From: Patescibacteria group bacterium
GTDB taxonomy: Bacteria; Patescibacteriota; Minisyncoccia; 2-02-FULL-40-12; GWA2-44-9
Assembly: GCA_038065515.1 (NCBI GenBank)
Contig: JBBTQV010000016.1
Span: 5,462-69,461, forward strand
Length of the DNA: 64,000 nt
Direction of reading: 5' to 3'
Made by a program: the position numbers and the translations under genes. Shown one piece after another: positions 17,756 through 27,714 of the stretch. The notes beneath the pieces were generated by a model, which was not told the DNA's origin, did no database searches, and saw only the letters and a program-made list of their open reading frames with translations. Position 1 is the stretch's first letter. The number at the start of each line of letters is the position of its first letter.

Positions 17756-19552
17756 TCACTTCTTCAGCATTTTCAAGAACACATCATGCGGAATCTGCAC
17801 GCGACCTTCGGCCTTCATGCGCTTCTTGCCTTTCGCCTGTTTCTTGAGCAGTTTCATTTTGCGGGTCACATCTCCTCCATACAGGTAGCCCGTCACATCT
17901 TTTCGCAATGCGCTGATGGTCTCCCGTGCGATTATTTTCCCGCCCAACGCCGCCTGAAGCGTGACTTCAAACCACTGCTTCGGCAGTACCTCTTTGAGTT
18001 TGGTGACCATCGTGCGTCCGACATACGCCGCCTGTTCTCGCGGCACGATGCGTGAAAACGGTTCCACAAGTTCACCGGCAACCAGCGTGTCGAGGCGCAC
18101 CAGGTCGTATGATTGCACTCCTGCCGGCTCATAGCTCATGGAAGCATACCCCTGCGAGACCGATTTCAACCGGTCGTAGAAGTCGGTGACGATTTCTGAA
18201 AGAGGGACTCGATATTTGAGCACCGATGTCTCGGTACCGATATATTCGGTAGCGATGTACATATTGCGGATGGTACCCATGAGCTCCATGACTGCGCCCA
18301 TATACTGCACGGGAGCTATGACCTCAAGCGCAACGACCGGTTCGGCAATGTCGGTCCATCGCGACGGGTCGGGCAATAACGCGGCGGAGCGCACCAGCTC
18401 GGTACTCCCATCGTTCATTTGCACTTCGTACTGCACCGATGGTGTCGTCACAATGAGCTTGAGCCCGAACTCCCGCGTGAGCCGTTCGCTGACAATTTCC
18501 ACATGAAGCATTCCCAGAAACCCGAGGCGGAAACCGCGTCCAAGCCCTGCGGATGATTCCGGTTCGTATTGCAACGCCGCATCAGTGAGTTTCAACTTGC
18601 CTAATGCGTCTTTGAGCTCATCATATTGCTCACCGTTTTCGGGAAAGAAACTTGCGAACACCATCGGACGAATTTCGCGGTATCCCGGCAATGGCTCAAA
18701 ATGCGCAGGGTCGGTGCCCGCCATAGTGATAGTGTCACCCACTCTGATTTCTCCGGGGTCTTTTAATCCGGTTGCCACATATCCGATTTGTCCTTCATCC
18801 AACCGTTGTGCCGCAGTCAGTTTCGGCGCAAAATACCCGACCTCCAGCGCATCGGCGCGCGTCCGTGTCGCCCACGCCATGATTTTGTCGTTGTGGCGAA
18901 TGGAACCGGATACGACGCGAACAAATGCAAGAACGCCTTTGTACGCATCAAATGAAGAATCGAAGATGATTGCGCGCGTATTCTTGTCATGCGTCCGGCT
19001 TTGGGGCGCTGGCACGATACGGATAACGCTGTCGAGCAATGCCTGTACATTGTGTCCGGTCTTGCCGGAAATCTCGAGTATTTCTGATTCTTCAACGCCC
19101 AACAGATAGGATAATTCTTCCTTCACCTGTGCCGTGCGTGCGGTTGGCATATCGATCTTGTTCACCGCCGGTATGATGGTGAGCCCCTGGCGTTGCGCAA
19201 GATGCAAATTCGCCAGCGTTTGCGCCTGCACACCCTTCGTTGCGTCCACCAGCAAGATAGCTCCTTCGACGGCAGCCAGCGACCGGCTGACCTCGTATGA
19301 GAAATCGACATGGCCCGGCGTGTCGATAAGATTCATCTCGTATTCGGTGCCGTCGAGCGTGTAGTGCATCCGCACCGGCTGCAGTTTAATGGTGATTCCC
19401 CGCTCGCGTTCAAGCTCCATCGTGTCCAGATACTGCTCTTTCATGTTGCGCTTCTGCACGGTGCCGGTCAGCTCCAAAAAACGGTCCGCAAGCGTGGACT
19501 TCCCATGGTCGATATGGGCGATTATACAAAAATTTCTGATGTGGCTGGTCAT
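17756..19552 (-). CDS. lepA: Elongation factor 4 (LepA)
   Basis: Motifs IRNFCIIAHIDHGKSTLADR, RGITIK, DTPGH, GFLGMLH and GGDVTRK.KLL.KQ..GKKRMK. Confidence 0.97.
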   Translation of the reverse strand: MTSHIRNFCIIAHIDHGKSTLADRFLELTGTVQKRNMKEQYLDTMELERERGITIKLQPVRMHYTLDGTEYEMNLIDTPGHVDFSYEVSRSLAAVEGAILLVDATKGVQAQTLANLHLAQRQGLTIIPAVNKIDMPTARTAQVKEELSYLLGVEESEILEISGKTGHNVQALLDSVIRIVPAPQSRTHDKNTRAIIFDSSFDAYKGVLAFVRVVSGSIRHNDKIMAWATRTRADALEVGYFAPKLTAAQRLDEGQIGYVATGLKDPGEIRVGDTITMAGTDPAHFEPLPGYREIRPMVFASFFPENGEQYDELKDALGKLKLTDAALQYEPESSAGLGRGFRLGFLGMLHVEIVSERLTREFGLKLIVTTPSVQYEVQMNDGSTELVRSAALLPDPSRWTDIAEPVVALEVIAPVQYMGAVMELMGTIRNMYIATEYIGTETSVLKYRVPLSEIVTDFYDRLKSVSQGYASMSYEPAGVQSYDLVRLDTLVAGELVEPFSRIVPREQAAYVGRTMVTKLKEVLPKQWFEVTLQAALGGKIIARETISALRKDVTGYLYGGDVTRKMKLLKKQAKGKKRMKAEGRVQIPHDVFLKMLKK

Positions 19553-19603
19553 GCGATGAGTGTGCTAATCTAGCAGAAATACTAGAGTAAATCAAGGTTG
19601 AGC

Positions 19604-19632
19604 TTGACTTTTTGTGTATTTTGGAGTATAAT
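19604..19632 (+). promoter_or_regulatory. Sigma70-type promoter
   Basis: TTGACT-17 nt-TATAAT, followed by AGGAGG and ATG 19659. Confidence 0.7.
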
Positions 19633-19658
19633 GGTTGTGTTGATAGGAGGAAGAAGAA

Positions 19659-19997
19659 ATGCAGCTCTTTCAGAAGCTATTTCGAAAGCCCCAAGCCATG
19701 CCCGCGCATGAATTGGCCGTAGTCGACTTCGATCATGGCGGGTGTATCACCATCGCGACGCGTCATCGGCGGCTAGATTTGCCGAGGAAACGCAGGGACA
19801 TCAGACTCCACGATACACTGCTGTCACACGAGCCGTACGCACATTGCGGAGGAAAGGTCATCTACCGCAGACGATTCGGATGGCTCATCTGTGAGTACTG
19901 CGGCCAACTCTGGCTACGGCCTCTGGAGGCGACTACGCTAGGTAGTCTTCTTCAGCATTTCCACGATGCAGGGTTCGCATGCATCTGGAAGTGGTAA
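19659..19997 (+). CDS. Hypothetical protein with a possible Zn-ribbon
   Basis: Has its own promoter, SD and terminator; HCGG...CEYCG motif. Confidence 0.65.
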   Translation: MQLFQKLFRKPQAMPAHELAVVDFDHGGCITIATRHRRLDLPRKRRDIRLHDTLLSHEPYAHCGGKVIYRRRFGWLICEYCGQLWLRPLEATTLGSLLQHFHDAGFACIWKW

Positions 19998-20010
19998 GCG
20001 GTGACGGGCA

Positions 20011-20038
20011 AAAAGGCCACGCGATGAGCGTGGCCTTT
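20011..20038. terminator. Bidirectional terminator
   Basis: AAAAGGCCACGC-GATGA-GCGTGGCCTTT between convergent genes. Confidence 0.7.
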
Positions 20039-20039
20039 A

Positions 20040-22211
20040 TCATTTCAGCGTGGCCTCAATTTGCACATCCCGTGCAAAGCCATCATGCAATCGCCAGCTG
20101 TCCGGCCACTCGGTCAATTTCGGCTTTGAACTTGTAACCGAAACAGATACGCTTTTTTGTAGAGTAAACTCAAAATCGGTGACATCCAGCCCGGGCTGCC
20201 GTTGCACCAATAGCTGATAGTTGTCGGCCACAACACGCGCCGGCACTACATATTCAATCTGCACCGCTTCAGTGGTGCCCGGTTCTACGGACATCCAAAA
20301 TGCAAATCCTGTTTTTCCGGATTCTGCGTATGTCACAGCTCCGCGCGTATCTTTTTTATATGTCGCTTCCAGCGCAACTAAATCCGCATCGCGGACAGCC
20401 TTTTCATTTGTATAATCCATCAGCGGACGGTATGAGGGATTCTCATTACCACTGATGCCGCGCAACACCGAGCCTTCCGGTACCAACACGCGTATCCATG
20501 AATGATTCGACTTGTTGTAAAATCCAAAGTCACTGGTCCCCCCGTTGTGCCGACGGGTCAGCGTCAACCGGTGCACCATGGTCCCGTCCTGAAGCCAGCT
20601 CTCCAGTTTCATCGTGGTATCGGTAACCGCATCGCTTTTCGCACCCTTGATGTTGGAAATATCCACCATCAGATAATCCCCGTTCGTTTGCTTCACTCCG
20701 CCGTCAAACCCTTCGGACACAACATATTTCTCCATCGCGTCGTCTTCGAAGTACATTATGATGTCGCGCGCATCCAGACCGTCTTTGAACAATGTCAGCA
20801 ATTGCGCCCACTGCGATGCGGGAGCAGAGCTTAGCCGCTGCATGATCAACGGTGCCAGGTCGACGATAATCTGCTTCGGGTGCGGACTGTTTGTGTCTTC
20901 GACTTCCGACTGCAGTGTTGCAAGAACATTATCCGCAGTGAGCAGTGTATCGTATTTCGGAAGCGACACGGGGCCCGTAATTTTCAGAATACCGGCCAGG
21001 ATATCCGGCTTGATGGTAATGACTCCGTCCACCGCGGCACCTCCGCCGCGCTGCCAGTACGACATCACCTTGCGCGCCGATGCCGGGAAATCTATCCACC
21101 ATGCGGCATCGCGCATCCCCCATCCGGGCGTAATGTGTTGCAACTGCAGCGGCGGCACGACAAGTTCCTTGATTTGGCCGTCCGGATTGTAAATATCATC
21201 GGCGCGGAAATCTTTGACACGCCCCTTTTCGAATGTCAGCAGACCGTAACTGCCGGGGAACCCGCCGGTCGGCCGCAACTCGCTGGAGTTTGTGAACAGC
21301 ACCAGGTACCGGCGCGGACGGTCGGTGCCCGTCAGACTCGACAGAAATCCCGTCATCGAGACGGTACGCCCGACCAGTTCTTCAACAGCAGGCAAACGGT
21401 CGCGGAGCGAGATGAACTGCCCGCTGTATTGATCGGGTAATTCTTGCGGATTGATTCCTCCGATGAGCGCTGATGCTGTATCAACATCTTTCTGCGCCCG
21501 GGCAAGCGCATCACGAAATGGTGCCAACGCATCGCCCAAGGAGGTTTTTTCGACGGAGCCCGCGTCCAAGATGCCGCCGGAAGTGGTCAGCGTATCCAGT
21601 GCACCGCTGAGCGCGATGCCGGCGTCGGAAATAAGCCGTCCTGCATCGAGCAGGTCGCGGCCGATACGCAACGAAGACAGGCCGGGAATGTGAGAAATCA
21701 AATTGATGAACGACGGACCAAGCATGTCCAGCTCACGACTGGCTCCGTCGAACTGTTCGCGTGCCTGGTTCAGGTCTGTTTTCGCGCCTTCGACATCAAG
21801 TTGCTCGAGACTGTCTTTCGCACTCATCAAATATCCGATGGCGGCATTGCCCTGCTGAACAACTCTGTTTTTCACTTTGCCGCCGTATTGACTCACATAT
21901 AAAAGTCCCGCAACAACAATACCGGCACCTAATACCCACGGTACGAGCGTGGCAAGCCCTCGCCAGTTGCGAGAAGCCGGCGGCGCTTTTTGCGGATGTT
22001 TCAGACGGTGCCGGCCCGCGTTCACCCACGCATCAATAGGATGCATCTGCACCGGAGCGAATTGCGCAACGGGAAGCTCGTCAGATGTGCTCTGACGCGC
22101 AACACGGATTGTCTGCTCCAGTTCGCGGACGATATCTTCGGAAACTTCAACGGCGTCCGCGCGCGCGCGGACATCGACAACATCGCCGGAGTATCGGCGT
22201 CGGGATTGCAT
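20040..22211 (-). CDS. DUF4012 domain protein (polysaccharide-locus associated)
   Basis: YLVLF.N.SELRPTGGF.GSYG, RDA.W..DFP.SA, VDGVI and K.D motifs; one TM helix. Confidence 0.82.
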   Translation of the reverse strand: MQSRRRYSGDVVDVRARADAVEVSEDIVRELEQTIRVARQSTSDELPVAQFAPVQMHPIDAWVNAGRHRLKHPQKAPPASRNWRGLATLVPWVLGAGIVVAGLLYVSQYGGKVKNRVVQQGNAAIGYLMSAKDSLEQLDVEGAKTDLNQAREQFDGASRELDMLGPSFINLISHIPGLSSLRIGRDLLDAGRLISDAGIALSGALDTLTTSGGILDAGSVEKTSLGDALAPFRDALARAQKDVDTASALIGGINPQELPDQYSGQFISLRDRLPAVEELVGRTVSMTGFLSSLTGTDRPRRYLVLFTNSSELRPTGGFPGSYGLLTFEKGRVKDFRADDIYNPDGQIKELVVPPLQLQHITPGWGMRDAAWWIDFPASARKVMSYWQRGGGAAVDGVITIKPDILAGILKITGPVSLPKYDTLLTADNVLATLQSEVEDTNSPHPKQIIVDLAPLIMQRLSSAPASQWAQLLTLFKDGLDARDIIMYFEDDAMEKYVVSEGFDGGVKQTNGDYLMVDISNIKGAKSDAVTDTTMKLESWLQDGTMVHRLTLTRRHNGGTSDFGFYNKSNHSWIRVLVPEGSVLRGISGNENPSYRPLMDYTNEKAVRDADLVALEATYKKDTRGAVTYAESGKTGFAFWMSVEPGTTEAVQIEYVVPARVVADNYQLLVQRQPGLDVTDFEFTLQKSVSVSVTSSKPKLTEWPDSWRLHDGFARDVQIEATLK

Positions 22212-22217
22212 ACCCGT

Positions 22218-23360
22218 TCAGTATACCACGGAGCGCAGTTGCTGCAGCGTCTGACGGGCAGTATCAGGCCATGAAAATCGCGTAACGCGTTCGTATCCTT
22301 TCGCAATCAGCCGCGACCGTAGCCCTGCGTCAAGCAACACCGCTTCTAATGCGGCGGTAATACCTTCAATACGGTACGGATCCACCAGAAGTCCTGCGTC
22401 TCCGATAACCTCCACAACCGATGATGTCGCGCCAGCCACAACCGGTGTCCCGCACGCCATAGCCTCCAACGGCGGGAATCCGAACCCTTCTAAAAGCGAT
22501 GGGTACGCCAGAACGGATGCCGCAGACAGTATCAGCGGCCGCTCCGCGCGGTCAATCCGGTCGAGAAACTTCACCATACCGGGAGTGCGTGTTGCACGGA
22601 TCGACCGCATCAACTCCTGCTCCATCCAACCGGACTGACCGGCGATAACCAGTTGCATATTCTGCATACCCTCTCTGCGCCGAAGCAGGTTCCACGCCGC
22701 CACGAGAGCGGGAAGATTTTTGCGCGGCTCGCGTGTTCCCAATGCCAGTATAAACGGCCCTTCGATGTCGTGCGATTCGCACCACTGCCGTATGACTTGC
22801 TCCGACGGACGGCGCAGCAGCGGATCCGTACCCGAATGCACGACGGCGATGCGTTCCGGTGCGATGCCGTACACACCGGTGAGGTCGTCGGCCGTCGACC
22901 GGGAAACCGCAATAATGCGGTCTGACGCCCGCACCTGCGCGCGCGGACGCATCTGAATGTCGTGCCAGCGGCGGCGGTGCCACGACAACAACTGCGGCAT
23001 GCGCTCGTACGAGAGGTCATGCCATGTCATCACTCGCCGACATGATGGTGAGAGTGCCCCCAGTAAGAAATGCGGAAAGAAAAACACATCGACGCCTCCG
23101 ATGATGGTATCCAGAAACGGACGCCCGGTGAGCCGCGTCCGCAACCACAGCGCGCGGTTGGACATGCCGGTTTCATACACTTTCACATTGGGCATCTCCA
23201 TCCATGACCGTCGCGTCAACGGCGCACGGCCGCTATAAAACAGTTTCCACTGCACAGCGAACTCCAACGGAATCATGTGCGCCAACAACTGTTCGGTATA
23301 TTCTTCAATACCGCTCGCGCGTCCGGTTCCCAACACCCTGATATCAACTCCAATCCTCAT
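22218..23360 (-). CDS. Glycosyltransferase family 4 (GT-B)
   Basis: MRIGVD, HDLSY, LGTREPRKN and YPSLLEGFGFPPLEAMACGTPV motifs. Confidence 0.92.
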   Translation of the reverse strand: MRIGVDIRVLGTGRASGIEEYTEQLLAHMIPLEFAVQWKLFYSGRAPLTRRSWMEMPNVKVYETGMSNRALWLRTRLTGRPFLDTIIGGVDVFFFPHFLLGALSPSCRRVMTWHDLSYERMPQLLSWHRRRWHDIQMRPRAQVRASDRIIAVSRSTADDLTGVYGIAPERIAVVHSGTDPLLRRPSEQVIRQWCESHDIEGPFILALGTREPRKNLPALVAAWNLLRRREGMQNMQLVIAGQSGWMEQELMRSIRATRTPGMVKFLDRIDRAERPLILSAASVLAYPSLLEGFGFPPLEAMACGTPVVAGATSSVVEVIGDAGLLVDPYRIEGITAALEAVLLDAGLRSRLIAKGYERVTRFSWPDTARQTLQQLRSVVY

Positions 23361-23983
23361 CTGTCAATGGGCACCATTGACAGATCGTCGGTGGCGCATT
23401 TATCTGATCGATACTCTTCAATAAATTTCGAGTATCCCGCTCGATCTGGGAACTGGCTAAGAATAATGTCTTTTTCACACCATTCGCCATTCCCCTCCCC
23501 AAAGTATTCCCCACAACTACTCCATTGATACGCTGCTGAATTTTTCACTAGACCATCCTTGCAGGGGTTATTATGTATATATGCCGAGAGATTTTTGAGA
23601 TATTGATTATCTCCGATATTTCTTTGCTTAAATTGGTCTTGGAATATGTGGCCGACTCTTTTGTGTTTCAGATTGAAATATTTTGAATAGCTTGTGCAAA
23701 TTCTCATCATGAGAACGCTCGTAGGAATTTCTTTGTTCTGTCCGATTAATAAGTGAAAATGATTCGGCATGAGACAATATGCGATAAGTGAAAATGCCCC
23801 CACCGGGAGCGAATGCATTCTCCGTGGTAATTTATTACGATCGGGATAAATATTCTGGACAAGTCGGAGTAAAAAGAATTGATAATCAGCGGAATCAAGA
23901 AAAATATCCTGCCTTGCGTTCCCCCGATTATAAATATGAAAATACCCACCCGGCACAGAATCTTTGTAGTCGCGATCATTCAT
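23357..23983 (-). mobile_element. REP-associated tyrosine transposase (RAYT, Y1/IS200 superfamily)
   Basis: YFHIYNRG, YCLMPNHFHLL (HUH), GHIFQ, YIHNNP and YQWSS motifs; AT-rich; flanked by palindromes. Confidence 0.88.
23359..23385. repeat. REP-like palindrome (left flank of RAYT)
   Basis: Perfect hairpin ATCTGTCAATGG-GCA-CCATTGACAGAT. Confidence 0.8.
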
Positions 23984-24011
23984 ATGCCCGATACTAGAGT
24001 GTTTTCTGACG

Positions 24012-24033
24012 CTGTCAATGGTGCCCATTGCCA
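24012..24033. repeat. REP-like palindrome (right flank of RAYT, inverted copy)
   Basis: CTGTCAATGG-TGC-CCATTGCCA; the loop is the reverse complement of the left copy's loop. Confidence 0.75.
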
Positions 24034-24075
24034 TCTAGGGTAGCTCGTGGCTCATAACAGCGCTAATAGGCCATG

Positions 24076-25152
24076 TTAGCTGTTCAGAAGCGTAGACATT
24101 TTCTTAACAAACACCGGAATATCGAAACGGTCGGCCTGACCCCGGCATACCGTTGGTAGCCACTTCATCCGGCTCGCACGGTCCACGGCCGCCATCAGAG
24201 ACTCTTCGGTTTGTTCATCAAAAAACACGCCGGTGATGCGGTCGATAATCGTTTCCAGTGCGCCGCCGCCGCGGTATGCGATGACGGGACGACCGGAAGC
24301 CATGGCTTCGAGCGGGACAATGCCGAAATCCTCTTCCTGCGGGAACAGCACTGCACGGGCATCGCCGTACAGTACGGCAAGCTGTTCGTCAGTGATCGCG
24401 CCGATAAACTCGATGTTCGGTTTGGCCAGTGCGCGCAGGCGACGCTCTTCAACGCCGGTGCCCACGATTTTCAGCGGCCAACCCAGCCGGTTAAACGCAC
24501 GAATGGCCAAATCAAAATTCTTGTACGCCACCAGCCGTCCGACCATGAGCCAGTAACTTCCCGGCTTATGGCTGACCGCAAATTTCGAGACATTCACCGG
24601 CGGATACACCACAACGGAATCTTTTCCGTAGTATTTAGCGATACGCCGTTTCACACAATCGGATATGGCAATCCATTCGTCCACGCGCTCGGCGGCCTGG
24701 CGGTCCCACACGCGCAGGTACGACAATCCCAACGGCGCGAGCTTGCCGATAGGAATCGGATACCCGAACCGTTGTGCAAACCGCTGGCTGTCATCCCACA
24801 AAAACCGCGGAGGGGTGAGGCAGTAACAAATGTGCCGCGTGTGCGGCGCCGTAATCACGCCTTTGGCGAACGATGCCGATACCGACAGCACGGTGTCGAA
24901 CGCGCCGGTATCAAACTGCTCGATAGCCAGCGGCATCAGCGGTGAATACAAGTGGTGCCACCGCCGTGCAAACGGCAGGCGCTGGAGAAACGATGTTCGT
25001 ATTATTTTGCCGTCGAACACTCCTCCGGTCATCGCGCGGTCGTAGAGTGTGGTGTAGATGGGCGCGTATGGCAACATCGTGCCGAGCACCTGCAGGACGC
25101 GTTCGGCGCCGCCGTACTGATTCAGATATTCATGGATGATAGCGGCTTTCAT
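24076..25152 (-). CDS. Glycosyltransferase family 4
   Basis: H.YL...GGAERVL, GRLVAYK and EEDFGIVPLEAMASGRPV motifs. Confidence 0.92.
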   Translation of the reverse strand: MKAAIIHEYLNQYGGAERVLQVLGTMLPYAPIYTTLYDRAMTGGVFDGKIIRTSFLQRLPFARRWHHLYSPLMPLAIEQFDTGAFDTVLSVSASFAKGVITAPHTRHICYCLTPPRFLWDDSQRFAQRFGYPIPIGKLAPLGLSYLRVWDRQAAERVDEWIAISDCVKRRIAKYYGKDSVVVYPPVNVSKFAVSHKPGSYWLMVGRLVAYKNFDLAIRAFNRLGWPLKIVGTGVEERRLRALAKPNIEFIGAITDEQLAVLYGDARAVLFPQEEDFGIVPLEAMASGRPVIAYRGGGALETIIDRITGVFFDEQTEESLMAAVDRASRMKWLPTVCRGQADRFDIPVFVKKMSTLLNS

Positions 25153-25200
25153 ATAAAATTAAACTTCAAGAATCAAATATCAAAATGACAATGAATAAAT

Positions 25201-25578
25201 CTAAATAGTTTTCTTCTTTTTGAGCGTCAAGATACTTGGACCCAATATGTTAGCAATTTCGGTAATTTCAGCGAGCAGGAGAGTTGCTTTTGATTCCGTA
25301 GCTTGCTTGGTGTCGCGTAACAATGCAAGCCAAAGTTTCGATTCATTCGCTGACTTCAGGGAATGGGTGAAGAAATTGATAAAATCCCGACGGGAGCTAG
25401 CCGCCGAAGCTTCGGTATAGTTGGCAATAATACTCGTTCCGCTTCTTAACAACTGCTTCCCCATAACATCGCCAGAAGTACCTTTTGGCAGATGCTCAAC
25501 AAAGCTCACGAGATTGAGAGTCCATTGATAGAGGCGTTTTTTGAACTCGTATTTGAATTTTGATGTGTCATTTTGCAT
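25201..25578 (-). CDS. Four-helix-bundle protein (23S rRNA IVP / TIGR02436-like)
   Basis: QLLRSGTSI.ANY.EA..ASS..DF..F...SLKSANE...WL pattern; AT-rich with heptamer-repeat flanks. Confidence 0.88.
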   Translation of the reverse strand: MQNDTSKFKYEFKKRLYQWTLNLVSFVEHLPKGTSGDVMGKQLLRSGTSIIANYTEASAASSRRDFINFFTHSLKSANESKLWLALLRDTKQATESKATLLLAEITEIANILGPSILTLKKKKTI

Positions 25579-25602
25579 TTTGATATTTTATTTTTGATTT
25601 CT

Positions 25603-26988
25603 CTACACTGCCGAACGGTCCCACAACATCCGCGCGGCGGTGCGCACCATGATGCGAACATCCAGCCAGAGCGTCCAGTTCTCGATATAAAATGTGTCAA
25701 GCGCGACCTCGTCTTCAAACGGCAGGTCACTTGCACCGCTCACCTGTGCGAGTCCTGTAGCGCCGGCTTTGATTGCCAGCACCTTGCGGTGATGTTTTTC
25801 ATATTTCGCGATTTCGTCGGACTGATGCGGACGCGGACCCACCAGGCTGATGTCTCCGGTGAGCACATTCATGAATTGCGGCAATTCGTCGAGTCGTGTG
25901 TGACGGATAAACTTGCCGACTTTTGTGATACGCGGATCGTCGCGCATCTTAAACAGCGGGCCGTCTGCGCGTTCATTGCGCGCTGCCAACAATGGTTTGA
26001 GCTCTTCAGCATTCTCAACCATACTCCGAAACTTATACAGACCGAATGAATGTCCCCGCGACACGCGGTACAAACGCACCAGTACCGGCCCCGCAGTTTC
26101 CCATTTGATTGCAAATGACACGACGGCAAATACCGGCGATAACAACACAAGCGCCACCATACTGCCGATGATATCAATGATACGCTTGAACACCTTCCCC
26201 CACCCATCCAACGCCGTACACCGCAATTCGACGACCGGGATGCGCCCGATGGCATCTACATCGTAGTGCGTGGTGAGCGTCTGATAGATGTTCGGAACAA
26301 ATTTAAAAATGATATGGCGTTCGTGACAAAAGTCCACAAGGCTGACGATGCGGTCCGCCGGATAATCGGGGTTCGCCAATAGGACCTCATCCACTCCCGG
26401 ATTGCCGATGGATGCCGCAATTTCGGAAAGATCCGGATCATCAAGGCGCTTCACGACACGCCAGCCTAAACCGCGGTCTGCGGCCATCGTTTGTTCGAGT
26501 TGGCGGGTCACGCGGTCGTTGCCGATAAGTAGTATACGGTGAACGCCGATATTATACCGGGCCATCAGCCGCCGCTGCACGCTCCGCAAGACAAGCCGTC
26601 CGACTGAAATCATCGCCGTCGCCAATACCCAATAACCAATAACTAAAAAGCGTGAGTTAAACGCCTCCGCGCGTACAAAAATCACAAGAATGACTATCAT
26701 CATCGCCGCACTGGACGCGACGATGATGCGGGCGGTCTCCTGCGGTACGGTCATCCGCAGTTTCATGGCATACAAACCGCTTGCGGCATACATCAGCACA
26801 AACAACACGGAGACCACCAGTACAAGCCACACGAACCTATCCAGCGGAAGTTGCGGCCCGAAAAGCACCGGACGCCACGCATCCAGTACCCGGGTACGGA
26901 GAATATAAATGGCTACACCGGCGGCCACAAGCACCAGAAAATCCAGTGGCACCCGGAGCACATTGAATATAAAATCACCCTTTTTCAT
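25603..26988 (-). CDS. Polyprenyl glycosylphosphotransferase (WcaJ/CpsE-type priming sugar transferase)
   Basis: Motifs KR..DI, YKFRSM, DDPRITKVG.F.R...LDELPQ..NVL.GD.SLVGPRP and G.TGLAQV. Confidence 0.92.
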   Translation of the reverse strand: MKKGDFIFNVLRVPLDFLVLVAAGVAIYILRTRVLDAWRPVLFGPQLPLDRFVWLVLVVSVLFVLMYAASGLYAMKLRMTVPQETARIIVASSAAMMIVILVIFVRAEAFNSRFLVIGYWVLATAMISVGRLVLRSVQRRLMARYNIGVHRILLIGNDRVTRQLEQTMAADRGLGWRVVKRLDDPDLSEIAASIGNPGVDEVLLANPDYPADRIVSLVDFCHERHIIFKFVPNIYQTLTTHYDVDAIGRIPVVELRCTALDGWGKVFKRIIDIIGSMVALVLLSPVFAVVSFAIKWETAGPVLVRLYRVSRGHSFGLYKFRSMVENAEELKPLLAARNERADGPLFKMRDDPRITKVGKFIRHTRLDELPQFMNVLTGDISLVGPRPHQSDEIAKYEKHHRKVLAIKAGATGLAQVSGASDLPFEDEVALDTFYIENWTLWLDVRIMVRTAARMLWDRSAV

Positions 26989-27099
26989 GAGATGGGGTCA
27001 GGATTCATCTGGCTGGGTATACCACAAATACCGACCACTCTCAATGCAAAACCCTCACTTAATGATTAAGTGAGGGTTTTGCGCCTGCCTGCCGGCAGG

Positions 27100-27550
27100 G
27101 TCGGTGCGTGCGATAAGCCGAGTTCTGTCCCCCATCATGTCGCCATGGTGGGGGGACCGTCATTTATCTGCGATGTGTGTTGCCACACACCTGTAGCCCA
27201 CCTTCGCTCTTGCGAGCTTCGGCGGACAATAGCGTACGAACTTTTCGCTGTGCCCTCCATAGCTTTAGCGACGGAGGGAATCAACGCTGTACTTGCACTC
27301 CGGTAAGGATTTAGCCGTTTCACCCCCGGTCTTGTTACCCGCGACCGGGATTGAGCGTAGCCTCCGATAGAATCGATGGCCCTGGGTCAGCTCTCCTGCA
27401 CCTTTCGGCGCAGATCGTCTCTGCTCGCACCTCTTGGCTTGCGCCAGACGGGAATTACCCGCTACCATTCTCAGTGCCATGTGGCACCGTAGTGCTCGGA
27501 CTTTCCTCACTCAGCCTTGCGGCCAGGCGCGACAGTCTGCACGCACCGAC
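27100..27550 (-). ncRNA. rnpB: RNase P RNA
   Basis: Minus strand has GAGGAAAGTCCGAGC near the 5' end and ACAGAACTCGGCTTA near the 3' end (P4), with terminal stem GTCGGTGCGTGC / GCACGCACCGAC. Confidence 0.92.
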
Positions 27551-27647
27551 TCCTGTAGTATAGCACAGTTTTTATAGAAAAGCCAGCACTTGCCGATCTG
27601 GTGCCTACTACAATAATACTAGACTAGCAATTACAAGGGGCTCGTAT

Positions 27648-27676
27648 TTGACATTCCTTAGTTTGTATGCTATGAT
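27648..27676 (+). promoter_or_regulatory. Sigma70-type promoter
   Basis: TTGACA-17 nt-TATGAT with an extended TG; GGAGG precedes ATG 27715. Confidence 0.7.
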
Positions 27677-27714
27677 GAACATAGTTCCATTCTGGAACAT
27701 TTTGGAGGTACGCG

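Noticed and set aside
25201-25578. Four-helix-bundle gene as the DGR accessory protein
   Set aside because: It has the QLLRSGTSI.AN IVP-type motif rather than the EIG.MLGGW ending, lies 9 kb away, and each DGR has its own avd-like gene.
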